Below are positions 12,913-30,109 of a DNA stretch of 64,000 bases, piece by piece (positions within the stretch are counted from its first letter, which is position 1; each line of letters starts with the position of its first letter). The notes below the pieces were generated by a model. The model searched no databases. It saw nothing but the letters and a program-made list of their open reading frames with translations, and was not told the origin of the DNA. The DNA comes from Eledone cirrhosa (lineage: Eukaryota), in NCBI GenBank assembly GCA_964016885.1, contig OZ024757.1, positions 20,770,001-20,834,000 of the forward strand. The letters are read 5' to 3'. Position numbers and translations under genes: made by a program.

Positions 12913-14169
12913 CTAATAGATATTTCCTCCAATCCCGGGATATGACCGCCATAAAAGAGCAATTGCTGCCAGATAAAAACTGAGGTAAGCTTGAAATACA
13001 AATAAAGTCTCCTATTCTAAGTAACAAAAAAAAAAAAAAATAAATAAAAAATAAATAAATAAATAAATAAAAATAAAAATAAAAATAAAAAACAAACAAA
13101 CAAAACAAAACAAACCCCAAAATACATTCAATTTATTTATTTTGCTTCTGTATTTATTTTATTTATTTTCATGTTTGTTTTTTATTTTTTTATTTTTTAG
13201 AATCTAAAAGTAAATTGTTCCTTCAATTTTGTTGTTATGGTGTACTTTAAACATTGCTGATAAAAATATTACTAAACTTCGATATATGTATACACACGCA
13301 CACACACACACGCACACACACACACATATATAATTAAATATTACATTGAAATGTATATGGTCTATATAAATGGCTTGGTGTTTTTTTAATGAATACTGAA
13401 CACAATTTTATGTGTATGGGAAGTGGATGGGGGGAGGGGGCTTGTGAGGAAATAGGTGTGTGTGTGAGAGAGTGTGAAAGAAAGAAAGAGAGAGAGAGTG
13501 TGAGTGGAAGAATGCGAGCGAGCGAGAGAGAGTGAAAGAGAGAGAAAGAGAGAGAGAGTGAAAGAATGAGAGCGAGAAAGAGAGAGAGTGAGTGAAAGAA
13601 TGAGAGCGAGAAAGAGAGAGAGAGAGTGAAAGAAAGAGAGCGAGAAAGAGAGAGAGAGAGAGTGAAAAAGAAAGAGAGAGAGAGTGCTCACAGAGGAATG
13701 AATTTTGTAAGTCAATTTTTATTTTTCAAATGGAATAATTCCAATTCAATTATATCACTCAGGTGCATGGGAAATGTATGAACATCACAGCATCTCAGTT
13801 ACATTCTCCTTCTAATCAGATATTTGCTATGAAATCAGAGTTGAATAGAAAATATTATAGAAATGTGTAAACAGTCAAAACTATTGATTTACAACAGTTC
13901 AATATGTCTGGTCTGAGTCTATTGGAAGAATAACTTGCTTAACATATTGGAGTAATAATAATTGCTTCTTATTTAGGCAGAAGACCATCAATGTTACGGG
14001 AGGGCGAAGCCGATGACATCGACCCCTCGTTCGTTACTGGTACTTTATTTTATCGACCCTGTAAGGTTAAAAGTCAAAGCTAACCTCGGCGGGATTTCAA
14101 CTCAGACCGTAAAGGGCAGCAATCCAGGCCATAGCAAGATTCCTGGGTCTCCTTTTACAATCTTCCAAC

Positions 14170-15174
14170 CTTGGGCTTGCAATCGAAAGGTTGTGAGTTC
14201 AATTCTTGGACCGGGTGATGTGTTGTTTCCTTGAACAAGACACTTTATTTCACATTGCTCCAGTTTACTCAGCTGTAGAAATGAGATGATAGGGAGTGGG
14301 GTCCATATCATTCCACTGCAAAGTGGTCGTGGAGGTGCCACGGCAAAAAAACACCCAGCCCACACTGTAAAGTGGACATGGAAGTGCCACGGCAAAAAAA
14401 GCACCCAGCCCACACTGTAAAGTGGACACTGGAAGTGCGACGGCAAAAAAACACCCAGCCCACACTGTAAAGTGGACACTGGAGGTGCCACGGCAAAAAA
14501 ACACCCAGCCCACACTGTAAAGTGGACACTGGAAGTGCCACGGCAAAAAAAGCACCCAGCCCACACTGTAAAGTGGACACTGGAAGTGCGACGGCAAAAA
14601 AACACCCAGCCCACACTGTAAAGTGGACACTGGAGGTGCCACGGCAAAAAAACACCCAGCCCACACTGTAAAGTGGACATGGAAGTGCCACGGCAAAAAA
14701 AGCACCCAGCCCACACTGTAAAGTGGACACTGGAAGTGCGACGGCAAAAAAAGCACCCAGCCCACACTGTAAAGTGGACACTGGAAGTGCGACGGCAAAA
14801 AAACACCCAGCCCACACTGTAAAGTGGACACTGGAGGTGCCACGGCAAAAAAAGCACCCAGCCCACACTGTAAAGTGGACGTGGAGGTGCCACGGCAAAA
14901 AAAGCACCCAGCCCACACTGTAAAGTGGTCACTGGAGGTGCCACGGCAAAAAAACACCCAGCCCACACTGTAAAGTGGACATGGAAGTGCCACGGCAAAA
15001 AAAGCACCCAGCCCACACTGTAAATGAGGTTGGTGTTAGGAAGGGCATCCAGCTGTAGAAATAAAGCCAGAATCAGTTCCCGTATGAGCAAGACAAGGTC
15101 AGCCGACCGGACGCTGCTCACAACAGGACAACCCGTCTAACCCATGCTAGCGTGGAAGAACGGACGTAAAACGG

Positions 15175-15211
<37 letters not shown>
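14170..15211 (+). mobile_element. 5'-truncated family-1 SINE with an internal ~50-bp tandem expansion (~14 copies, 14320-15022)
   Basis: B box and core at 14196-14280; repeated cacccagcccacactgtaaagtggac; (GAT)n tail. Confidence 0.85.
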
Positions 15212-15212
<1 letters not shown>

Positions 15213-15284
15213 AATTGAGCAGGTCCCCCTGCTTCTTCTCCTTCATCCCTTGTGCTCTGCAGGTAGTGTCTCCTCCAGCTACTC

Positions 15285-17942
15285 ATAGAGCTGAGAAATC
15301 TGGCATGATTTAATTCCAGCACTTCTTATTAATAACTACATTGTTTCTTTCCAGGGACTATGTTGAGAAATAAACCTCATTTGGTCATTCCATGAGAGTA
15401 TCTTGGTCATAAGCTGACTATGAAAGAGTGATGCTAGAGCTGTGAAATCTTGCATGCATTAATTTCAACTCTTCTTATTAATAACTGCATTGTTTCTCTC
15501 CAGGGACTATGTTGAGAAATAAACCTCATTTGGTCATTCCATGAGAGTATCTTGGTCATAAGCTGACTATAAAGGAGTGATGCTAGAGCTGTGAAATCTT
15601 GCATGCATTAATTTCAACTCTTCTTATTAATAACTGCATTGTTTCTCTCCAGGGACTATGTTGAGAAATAAACCTCATTTGGTCATTCCATGAGAGTATC
15701 TTGGTCATAAGCTGACTATAAAGGAGTGATGCTAGAGCTGTGAAATCTTGCATGCATTAATTTCAACTCTTCTTATTAATAACTGCATTGTTTCTCTCCA
15801 GGGACTATGTTGAGAAATAAACCTCATTTGGTCATTCCATGAGAGTATCTTGGTCATAAGCTGACTATAAAGGAGTGATGCTAGAGCTGTGAAATCTTGC
15901 ATGCATTAATTTCAACTCTTCTTATTAATAACTGCATTGTTTCTTTCCAGGGACTATGTTGAGAAATAAACCTCATTTGGTCATTCCATGAGAGTATCTT
16001 GGTCATAAGCTGACTAAGAAAGAGTGATGCTAGAGCTGTGAAATCTTGCATGCATTAATTTCAACTCTTCTTATTAATAACTGCATTGTTTCTCTCCAGA
16101 GACTATGTTGAGAAATAAACCTCATTTGGTCATTCCATGAGAGTATCTTGGTCATAAGCTGACTATAAAGGAGTGATGCTAGAGCTGTGAAATCTTGCAT
16201 GCATTAATTTCAACTCTTCTTATTAATAACTGCATTGTTTCTCTCCAGGGACTATGTTGAGAAATAAACCTCATTTGGTCATTCCATGAGAGTATCTTGG
16301 TCATAAGCTGACTATGAAAGAGTGATGCTAGAGCTGTGAAATCTTGCATGCATTAATTTCAACTCTTCTTATTAATAACTGCATTGTTTCTCTCCAGGGA
16401 CTATGTTGAGAAATAAACCTCATTTGGTCATTCCATGAGAGTATCTTGGTCATAAGCTGACTATGAAAGAGTGATGCTAGAGCTGTGAAATCTTGCATGC
16501 ATTAATTTCAACTCTTCTTATTAATAACTACATTGTTTCTTTCCAGGGACTATGTTGAGAAATAAACCTCATTTGGTTATTCCATGAGAGTATCTTGGTC
16601 ATAAGCTGACTATAAAGGAGTGATGCTAGAGCTGTGAAATCTTGCATGCATTAATTTCAACTCTTCTTATTAATAACTGCATTGTTTCTCTCCAGGGACT
16701 ATGTTGAGAAATAAACCTCATTTGGTCATTCCATGAGAGTATCTTGGTCATAAGCTGACTATAAAGGAGTGATGCTAGAGCTGTGAAATCTTGCATCCAT
16801 TAATTTCAACTCTTCTTATTAATAACTGCATTGTTTCTTTCCAGGGACTATGTTGAGAAATAAACCTCATTTGGTCATTCCATGAGAGTATCTTGGTCAT
16901 AAGCTGACTAAGAAAGAGTGATGCTAGAGCTGTGAAATCTTGCATGCATTAATTTCAACTCTTCTTATTAATAACTGCATTGTTTCTCTCCAGGGACTAT
17001 GTTGAGAAATAAACCTCATTTGGTCATTCCATGAGAGTATCTTGGTCATAAGCTGACTATGAAGGAGTGATGTTAGAGCTGTGAAATCTTGCATGCATTA
17101 ATTTCAACTCTTCTTATTAATAACTGCATTGTTTCTCTCCAGAGACTATGTTGAGAAATAAACCTCATTTGGTCATTCCATGAGAGTATCTTGGTCATAA
17201 GCTGACTATAAAGGAGTGATGCTAGAGCTGTGAAATCTTGCATGCATTAATTTCAACTCTTCTTATTAATAACTGCATTGTTTCTTTCCAGGGACTATGT
17301 TGAGAAATAAACCTCATTTGGTCATTCCATGAGAGTATCTTGGTCATATGCTGACTATAAAGGAGTGATGCTAGAGCTGTGAAATCTTGCATGCATTAAT
17401 TTCAACTCTTCTTATTAATAACTGCATTGTTTCTTTCCAGGGACTATGTTGAGAAATAAACCTCATTTGGTCATTCCATGAGAGTATCTTGGTCATAAGC
17501 TGACTATAAAGGAGTGATGCTAGAGCTGTGAAATCTTGCATGCATTAATTTCAACTCTTCTTATTAATAACTGCATTGTTTCTTTCCAGGGACTATGTTA
17601 AGAAATAAATCTCATTTGGCCATTCCATGAGAGTATCTTGGTCATAAGCTGACTATGAAAGAGTGATGCTAGAGCTGTGAAATCTTGCATGCATTAATTT
17701 CAACTCTTCTTATTAATAACTGCATTGTTTCTTTCCAGGGACTATGTTGAGAAATAAACCTCATTTGGTCATTCCATGAGAGTATCTTGGTCATAAGCTG
17801 ACTATAAAGGAGTGATGCTAGAGCTGTGAAATCTTGCATGCATTAATTTCAACTCTTCTTATTAATAACTACATTGTTTCTTTCCAGAGACTATGTTGAG
17901 AAATAAACCTCATTTGGTCATTCCATGAGAGTATCTTGGTCA
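15285..17942. repeat. 149-bp satellite, ~18 highly homogeneous copies
   Basis: cagggactatg recurs at 15352, 15501, 15650 and onward. Confidence 0.95.
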
Positions 17943-18901
17943 GCCAATGAACTTTTCATCTGACCCTCATATATATATACATATATAAATACACTATACA
18001 CACACACACATATGCATATTATATATATATATGCATTGTATTATACACACATATTCATACACACACCCAGAATCCATTAAGCGATAGACATGTTACTGTC
18101 AAATTCTATTTACACATATGTACACATACATACACACACATGCACACACACATGCACACACATGTGTACACATACACACACATATGTGTACACATACATG
18201 CACACACATGTGTACACATACACACACATATGTGTACACACATATATACACACACATGTGTACACACATACACGTGTACACATACATTCACACACATGTG
18301 TACACATACATGCACACACGTGTACACATACATTCACACACATGTGTACACATACATGCACACACGTGTACACATACATGCACACACACATGTACACATA
18401 CATGCACACACATACGTACACATACATGCACACACACATGTGTACACACAAACACACATCCATGAACACACGTGTACACACAAACACACATGCATGCATG
18501 TACATACATATACACACATGAATGCACAGATACTTGTACACAAATGTGCGTATGTGCAGACAAGCATGCGTGTACAACAACTATGTACGTGCACATGTAC
18601 AACACAAACATATGCATATACACACACATACACTGATACATACACATGATTGTACACACATGCACGTACACACCCATACATTCACACACACACACACACA
18701 CATGGTTACACATACATACATACACACATGGTTACACAGATACACACACACATGGTTACACAGACACACACATACATGGTTACACATGGTTACACATACA
18801 TACACACACAAAAGCCACAGACATACACACTCAGATGGTCACACATACATACACACAAAAGCCACACACACACATGGTTACACATACACACACACAAAAG
18901 C

Positions 18902-18933
<32 letters not shown>

Positions 18934-19530
18934 TGGTTACACATGCATGCACACAAAAGCCACAGACACACACACACACACACATGGTTACACATACATA
19001 CACACACATGGTTACACAGACACACACATACACACACATGGTTACACATGCACACACACACAAAAGCCACACAGACACACACACACACATGGTTACACAT
19101 ACATACACACACAACAAGCATGATATAGAGTGAACTGGCTCTACTGTACAACTACGCCACAGAACAACAACAGCCTCCACTCCACCAGATTCTAAGACAG
19201 TGTAACCTTTTAAACTGGCTTATTTTGACAAATGTAGACATGCTTGACTGAACAAAGCCAATTGAAACATCAGCAAAAGTGCTTCACAGCATATACAGAT
19301 TGAAATGTGAGTGTGTGTGTGTGTTTACACAGTAAAGGTGCGTATCTATGTATGTGTAATATCAAATATATAATACTGTAAAAGCCCCTGTTGTATGCAT
19401 GTACTAATATATATATATGTTTATGTGAATGAATGTATATATTTATGCATGCGGATGTGTGTATGTATGTGCATGCATATATAACTTAACAATCATGCTA
19501 CATCTAATATATATTATAAATATATATTAG

Positions 19531-20390
19531 ATGTAAAGTGGTCGTGCAGGTGTCACGACGAAAAGCACCCAGTCCGCACTGTAAAGTGGTCGTGCAGGTG
19601 TCACGACAAAAAGCACCCAGTCCGCACTGTAAAGTGGTCGTGTAGGTGTCACGACAAAAAGCACCCAGTCTGCACTGTAAAGTGGTCGTGTAGGTGTCAC
19701 GACAAAAAGCACCCAGTCCGCACTGTAAAGTGGTCGTGCAGGTGTCACAACAAAAAGCACCCAGTCCGCACTGTAAAGTGGTCGTGTAGGTGTCACAACA
19801 AAAAGCACCCAGTCCGCACTTTGAAGTGGTCGTGTAGGTGTCACAACAAAAAGCACCCAGTCCGCACTGTAAAGTGGTCGTGTAGGTGTCACGACAAAAA
19901 GCACCCAGTCCGCACTGTAAAGTGGTTGTGCAGGTGTCACAACAAAAAGCACCCAGTCCACCTGGTAAAGTGGTCATGTAGGTGTCACAACAAAAAGCAC
20001 CCAGTCCACCTGGTAAAGTGGTCGTGCAGGTGTCACAACAAAAGCACCCAGTCCGCACTGTAAAGTGGTTGTGCAGGTGTCACAACAAAAAGCACCCAGT
20101 CCACCTGGTAAAGTGGTCATGTAGGTGTCACAACAAAAAGTACCCAGTCCACACTGTAAAGTGGTCGTATAAGTGTCACAACAAAAAGCACCCAGTCCAC
20201 ACTGTAAAGTGGTCGTGTAGGTGTCACAACAAAAAGCACCCAGTCCGCACTGTAAAGTGGTCATGTAGGTGTCACAACAAAAAGCACCCAGTCCACACTG
20301 TAAAGTGGTTGTGTAGACATCACGACAAAAGGCACCCAGTCCACCCTGTAAAGTGGGCATGTAGACATCACGACAAAAAGGCACCCAATA
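19531..20390 (+). repeat. 48-bp tandem array (~18 copies) derived from the SINE/RTE tail module
   Basis: aaaagcacccagtccgcactgtaaagtggtcgtgtaggtgtcac unit; gcaccc at 19565, 19613 and onward. Confidence 0.9.
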
Positions 20391-20642
20391 CTCACAGGGC
20401 TGCCCGTTGAAGATAACTATTTACCTGAATGATGATGACGATGATGATGATGATGAACGTCTGACATACGGAAGTGCAAATATACAATCTAAGCCACATA
20501 TTGGAAACCAATGGTGGCAATGAAACTGTGTTGAAGATAACTATACTATAATAGGCCAGTTCTCTATATTGCATAGAGCGCTACGTTTCCTTTATCTCTT
20601 CTACAGAAACATATATTTTTTCTCTCTCTCTCTGTCTGTATA

Positions 20643-21544
<902 letters not shown>

Positions 21545-21558
21545 ATATATATACATAT

Positions 21559-21658
<100 letters not shown>

Positions 21659-22010
21659 GTTTAAGTTTTTTTTTGTTTTTTTGTGTTTGTTATAGAAAAG
21701 AGTGTAAAATACAAATAAAATATAGTTGGGATGTGTTACTACTGCAACAGAGATGACAATGTTACATGTGTAAATATTAAATTGATTATATGTTCTTCAC
21801 TCTATATCACCATACAACCTTATTTTTGCATTCTGATCCAACCCCTCTCTCTCCACACTTCCTTATCCCCACCACCCCATCATTAGATATCTCTATTTCT
21901 CTTTCACTATACACACACATATTTGTGCGTGTAAACATATATACATATATCTATATGTGTAAACATATATACACACACGTATATCTATATGTGTAAACTT
22001 ATATACATAC

Positions 22011-22051
<41 letters not shown>

Positions 22052-22442
22052 TATATACATATATACATATATATATATACATATATACATATATATACAT
22101 ATAGATATACATATATACATATATATATACATATACACATATATATACATATAGATATACATATATACATATATATATACATATACATATATATATACAT
22201 ATATACATATATATATATATTTATACATATATACATATATATATACATATATACATATATATATACATATATATATACATATATACATATATACATATAT
22301 ATATATATACATATATACATATATATATACATATATATATATACATATATATATATACGTATATATATATATACATATATATATATATACACATATATAT
22401 ATATGTATATACATACATATATACATATATATATATACATAT

Positions 22443-22478
<36 letters not shown>

Positions 22479-22666
22479 GTATACATATATATATATATAT
22501 GTACACACACTCAGTTAGAAGAAAGGAAATCTTGCATGCTTTGCTTATTTCCCCAGTTCATTCAGAAATAACAGAGATGTAGTGAAAAAATAGGAGAAAG
22601 GCAAAAGAAAATTATGCACATACCACATACACACACACATATATATATATATATATACATACACAT

Positions 22667-22711
<45 letters not shown>

Positions 22712-22735
22712 CATATATATACACATATACATACC

Positions 22736-22769
<34 letters not shown>

Positions 22770-23034
22770 CACTCATATATACATATATATATATACACAC
22801 ACATATACATATATATACACATATACATACATGTACACACATACATATATATACACATATACATACACACATATATACATATATATATACACACACATAC
22901 ATATATATATATATATACACATATACATACATGTACACACATACATATACACTTATACATACACGTACACATACATATATATATATATGTATATATATAT
23001 ACACATATTCATACACACATATATACATACACAC

Positions 23035-23065
<31 letters not shown>

Positions 23066-23244
23066 TATATATACACATATTCATACATATATATACATAC
23101 ACACATATATATATATACACACACATATACATATATATACACATATTCATACACACATATATACATACACACACACATATATATATACACACACATATAC
23201 ATATATCTACACATATTCATACACATATATACATACACACACAC

Positions 23245-23300
<56 letters not shown>

Positions 23301-23494
23301 ATATATTTATATATATACATATATATATGTATATATCTATATATATGTATCTATGTGTCTGTGTGTATATAATAAAGCAAACACCAGAAATATATTCCTG
23401 TACCAATAGAAAATCCGTATTGCTTTGGCAGATTAAATAGATAAAGGTTATGATGAGTTTTACTGATTTTACACATGGAGAAGTTAGACTGACA

Positions 23495-23580
23495 TACAGC
23501 TAAAGACATAGCTTCTGTTTTCTAGACTTTGTCAATGTATATCACTTCTCATGTAATGTCTCTCTATATATCTGTATGAC

Positions 23581-23628
<48 letters not shown>

Positions 23629-23900
23629 AAAGTTTTATTTAAAATTGTTGGGTTACAACAAGTAAATATTTTATAACTGATATAAAGCACTCGACAAGTT
23701 TTTGGAGTAGATATACTACCAAGCCAGCCTCCTACCTTAATGGTCGCTATATTTATGGTACTTCAAAATTTTTTATAAAACTGGTTATATATTGTATTTT
23801 ATCTGACGAAGGCATGCCATATTTTTAATATGGTATCCCTGAAATATGTATAATGAAATAAATATGGTTTTATAAATATAGTTTCCATTTGTTTAATATC

Positions 23901-23969
<69 letters not shown>

Positions 23970-24068
23970 CTTATACGGTGTGTACAACTAAAGACATAGC
24001 TTCTGTTTTCTAGACTTTGTCAATGTATATCACTTCTTATGTAATGTCTCTATATATATCTGTGTGAC

Positions 24069-24110
<42 letters not shown>

Positions 24111-24222
24111 TATATATATATTATATATCTTATACGGTGTGTACAGCTAAAGACAGCTTGTTTTCTAGACTTTGTCAATGTATATCACTTCTTATGTAAT
24201 GTCTCTATATATATCTGTGTGA

Positions 24223-24299
<77 letters not shown>

Positions 24300-24395
24300 C
24301 TTATACGGTATGTACAGCTAAAGACATAGCTTGTTTTCTAGACTTTCTCAATGTATATCACTTCTTATGTAATGTCTCTATATATATCTGTGTGA

Positions 24396-24400
<5 letters not shown>
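23495..24400. repeat. Four tandem units (acagctaaagacatagc...gactgtg + (TA)n); the first TA tract is interrupted by a family-A element (23625-23902)
   Basis: Unit starts near 23495, 23983, 24143, 24313. Confidence 0.8.
23795..23860 (+). ncRNA. Hammerhead motif, family A
   Basis: tattttat CTGACGA aggcatgccatat-tttta-atatggtatccct GAAA tatgta TA atgaaata. Confidence 0.85.
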
Positions 24401-24450
<50 letters not shown>

Positions 24451-24550
24451 TAAATATATTATACGGTGTGTGTGTATGACTGTGTATATATATATATATC
24501 TTATATGGTGTGTGAGTCTATCTGTATGTGTGTCTCTATCTGCACTGAGG

Positions 24551-24599
<49 letters not shown>

Positions 24600-24832
24600 G
24601 GAGGTGAGTTTTATTGTAGCACAATAAAGCAATGCAAATATCGGATAAGTAGCACTCTACAGTTTGCAAGACTGGAGTATAAATAATATAAGATCAAGAG
24701 ATGGTTAAAAGAGTTCCATGTATTTTATTATGCGCATTTCAAAAACAAATATCATCATCAGATGACATTTGCGTTTTGATTTAGAACTTCACTATTCACA
24801 AGTGTTTTTTAACCTTCATATCATGTCTCCTT

Positions 24833-24901
24833 GTTTTATCTGACGAAAACGCAAATGTCATCTCATGTTGATATTTGTTTTTGAAATGCGCATAATAAAA
24901 T
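24833..24901 (+). ncRNA. Hammerhead motif, family D, within palindromic insert 24597-24940
   Basis: gttttat CTGACGA aaacgcaaatgtca..tgatatttgttttt GAAA tgcgca TA ataaaat; inverted arms ~24683-24777/24846-24940. Confidence 0.85.
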
Positions 24902-24932
24902 ACTTGGAACTCTTTTAACCATCTTTTGATCT

Positions 24933-24984
<52 letters not shown>

Positions 24985-25042
24985 TGTTTCTATCTGCCAC
25001 TGAGACTGTATATATATATATATATATAAATATATATATATA

Positions 25043-26268
<1,226 letters not shown>

Positions 26269-26275
26269 TATATAT

Positions 26276-26321
<46 letters not shown>

Positions 26322-26343
26322 TTATTATTATATGTATATATAT

Positions 26344-26409
<66 letters not shown>

Positions 26410-26986
26410 ACATAGCTTTGATTCTTGTGAATTCTATATAACTGCTCTGTAAAACAACTGATGTTATTACATTGAGCTATTTATCTTACTGGTAATAAGG
26501 TAGTAATAAATTACTGACCTTCCCTGTTTATTGTTTAAAATATATAACTATAAATAGTATTCTTAATATTATATATATATATATATATTATTATTATATA
26601 TATTAATATTATATATATATTAATATTATATTATATATATTAATATTATATATGTAAATATTTATAAGTCGTCTGGAAGCCTCGACAATGCAAATGGGTA
26701 AATCTCCGGGTAACAGGGTCCGGTGGTGGAGAGAGAGATATGTAAGTGGGTGTACGTTGAGATGCGTGGTGTGTATAAGATGTGTGAGATGTGTAGAATG
26801 AAGGGAAGAGTAAAAGGGTAAAAATAATAATAACAACACAAGAGAGAGGGTTACCTTGGGAGAGATTTAATAGTCCCTATATATTTCGGATTCACATCCA
26901 TCAACTGGGGTTTTTTTCCGGGGTGGGGGGAAAAGGGTGTCTGTTGGACAATATTATATATATATATATGTATATATATATATGTA

Positions 26987-27047
<61 letters not shown>

Positions 27048-27428
27048 TTTCTATATATATATATATTTTCTACAGCTGGATGCCCTTCCTAACACCAACC
27101 ACATTTACAGTGTGGGGCTGGGAGGTTTTTACCGTGTTGCCTACACGGCCACATTTACAGCGTGGACTGTGTGTTTTTTGTCGTGACACCTACACGATCT
27201 CATTTGTTTCGGGTCATGTCAAAGTATAACAATATCGGTTTCAACACACGATTTCAGATAAAGAATCTTGCTAAACAAATTCAGAAACGAAATATATATG
27301 CAAAGTTTTATTTAAATTGTTGGGTTACAACGAGTAAATATTTATAACTGATATAAAAGCACTCAACAAGTATTTGGAGTATATTTACGATATTAAATAA
27401 ATGGAAACTATATTTATAAAACCATATT

Positions 27429-27494
27429 TATTTCATTATATATATTTCAGGGATATCATATTAAAAATATGGTATGCCTTCATCAGACAAAATA
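27429..27494 (-). ncRNA. Hammerhead motif, family A (left arm of palindrome 27386-27728)
   Basis: Reverse complement of 27620-27685. Confidence 0.85.
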
Positions 27495-27619
27495 CAATAT
27501 AAACAGTCTTATAAATAGATAGATTTGACATACCTTACAACTTCAACTTCCATTTAAAAAGTTGATTTGGTAGTTGTAAGGTATGTCAAATCTATCTATT
27601 TATAAGACTGTTTATATTG

Positions 27620-27685
27620 TATTTTGTCTGATGAAGGCATACCATATTTTTAATATGATATCCCTGAAATATATATAATGAAATA
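27620..27685 (+). ncRNA. Hammerhead motif, family A (right arm)
   Basis: tattttgt CTGATGA aggcataccatat..atatgatatccct GAAA tatata TA atgaaata. Confidence 0.85.
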
Positions 27686-27939
27686 ATTATGGTTTTATAA
27701 ATATAGTTTCCATTTATTTAATATCGTATATATATATATATATATGTATTATTATAATTAGTATTTTTCAATCTAGCTAACTTTAGTCGTTTACAATACA
27801 AACACGGATATGTTGGTATTTGTGTTTATCAAATATATTAATTTATATTAACTCGTATATATATATATATATATATGTTTCACATAGTAAATGTTTGTGT
27901 GTATATCTATATGTATATAAGTCTATCTGTATGTGTCTA

Positions 27940-28916
27940 TGGATATCTTACACATTGTGTGTGTGTGTTTGTGTGTGTAATAATCTTACACATTGTGTGT
28001 GTGTGCATGTATTTCTCTTTCTCTCTCTCTATATATATATATATATGTGTGTGTGCATGTATTTCTCTTTCTCTCTCTCTCTATATATATATGTGTGTGT
28101 TTGTGTGTGTAATAATCTTACACATTGTATGTGTGTGCATGTATTTCACTTTCTCTCTCTCTCTATATATATATGTGTGTGTTTGTGTGTGTAATAATCT
28201 TACACATTGTGTGTGTGTGTGCATGTATTTCTCTTTCTCTCTCTCTCTATATATATATATGTGTGTGTTTGTGTGTGTAATAATCTTACACATTGTGTGT
28301 GTGTGTGCATGTATTTCTCTTTCTCTCTCTCTATATATATATATGTGTGTGTTTGTGTGTGTAATAATCTTACACATTGTGTGTGTGTGTGCATGTATTT
28401 CTCTTTCTCTCTCTCTCTATATATATATGTGTGTGTTTGTGTGTGTAATAATCTTACACATTGTGTGTGTGCATGTATTTCACTTTCTCTCTCTCTATAT
28501 ATATCTATGTGTGTGTGTTTGTGTGTGTAATAATCTTACACATTGTGTGTGTGTGTGCATGTATTTCTCTTTCTCTCTCTCTATATATATATATGTGTGT
28601 GTGTTTGTGTGTGTAATAATCTTACACAGTGTGTGTGTGTGTGCATGTATTTCTCTTTCTCTCTCTCTCTATATATATATATATGTGTGTGTTTGTGTGT
28701 GTAATAATCTTACACATTGTGTGTGTGTGTGCATGTATTTCTCTTTCTCTCTCTCTCTATATATATATATGTGTGTGTGTGTGAGTGGTGGTGTGTAGAG
28801 TATGAATATAAAGACTTTGGGCCCGAGACTATATTATGCTGTTTCTACCATTGTGGTAGATTTAATAATCTTACACATTGTGTGTGTGTGTGCATGTATT
28901 TCTCTTTCTCTCTCTC

Positions 28917-28948
<32 letters not shown>

Positions 28949-29020
28949 GTGGTGTGTAGAGTACGAATATAAAGACTTTGGGACCGAGACTATATTATGC
29001 TGTTTCTACCATTGTGGTAG
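27940..29020. repeat. Compound minisatellite (taataatcttacacattg-(TG)n-catgtatttctc-(CT)n-(TA)n)
   Basis: About 10 units with variable microsatellite lengths; terminal ~70-bp segment duplicated. Confidence 0.85.
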
Positions 29021-29324
29021 GTTTTGAGGAAGGCATTCGGCTGTGAGTAAACATCTGCTTTCTTACGCAGACACATCCAACCCACAAATATAGAACATTG
29101 CAACTGAAGAACATGTGTGTGTGTGTCTGTGATAGCAAGTGTGTGTTCTTCTCTGTGTCTATATCTATGGCTCTGTGTGTGTGTGTGTGTTTGTTTCTCT
29201 CTCTGGGTGTGTGTGTATGTATGTGTGTATTTTACTGTGAATACTGATTGTTTAGGTAATTCTATGACAGTATCTAAAGAAGAAGAGAAAAAGAAAACGA
29301 AGAAGATAAAAGACGAAAATTATA

Positions 29325-29822
29325 TATCAACCAGTTCTATATAAACTAGATATCAACCAGTTCTATATAAACTAGATATCAACCAGTTCTATATAAACAA
29401 GATATCAACCAGTTCTATATAAACTAGATATCAACCAGTTCTATATCAACTAGATATCAACCAGTTCTATATAAACTAGATATCAACCAGTTCTATACAA
29501 ACTAGATATCAACCAGTTCTATACAAACTAGATATCAACCAGTTCTATATAAACTAGATATCAACCAGTTCTATATAAACTAGATATCAACCAGTTCTAT
29601 ACAAGCTAGATATCAACCAGTTCTATACAAACTAGATATCAACCAGTTCTATACAAACTAGATATCAACCAGTTCTATACAAACTAGATATCAACCAGTT
29701 CTATACAAACTAGATATCAACCAGTTCTATATAAACTAGATATCAACCAGTTCTATATCAACTAGTTCTATATAAACTAGATATCAACCAGTTCTATATA
29801 AACCAGTTCTATATAAACTAGA
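29325..29822. repeat. 26-bp minisatellite (tatcaaccagttctatataaactaga), ~19 copies
   Basis: Period seen at 29351, 29377 and onward. Confidence 0.95.
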
Positions 29823-30109
29823 GCAGTGGCCCCTAATCACCAGTGTGAATCATTTGGCACTAGGCCACTATAAGCCCTTCACTATTAGCAAACAGTTGAT
29901 CCTACCTGTCACTAACGATATTTGAAAGGCAAAGTTGATCTCAATGGGATGTGAACTCAGAATGTAAAGGGCCGTAACTGTATGCCATAAAAGATGGTGT
30001 TTGATGCCCTACCGATACTGCCAATCCACCAGCTTCACTAGCACTTTATTTTATCAACCCCAGAAGGATGAAAAACAATGTTGGTCTCAGCAGGATGTGA
30101 ACTGAGAAC

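Noticed and set aside
12920-12990. Possible exon ending in G|gtaagc
   Set aside because: All three frames contain stops between the acceptor and donor
14102-15121. Recurrent MPFLTPT../[10 protein letters not shown] ORFs as a gene family
   Set aside because: Antisense translations of the SINE/LINE 3' module
26875-26910. Minus-strand hammerhead-like ccc CAGTTGA t ggat-gtga-atcc GAAA tata TA ggg
   Set aside because: Two core mismatches; at best a dead copy, so not listed as a feature
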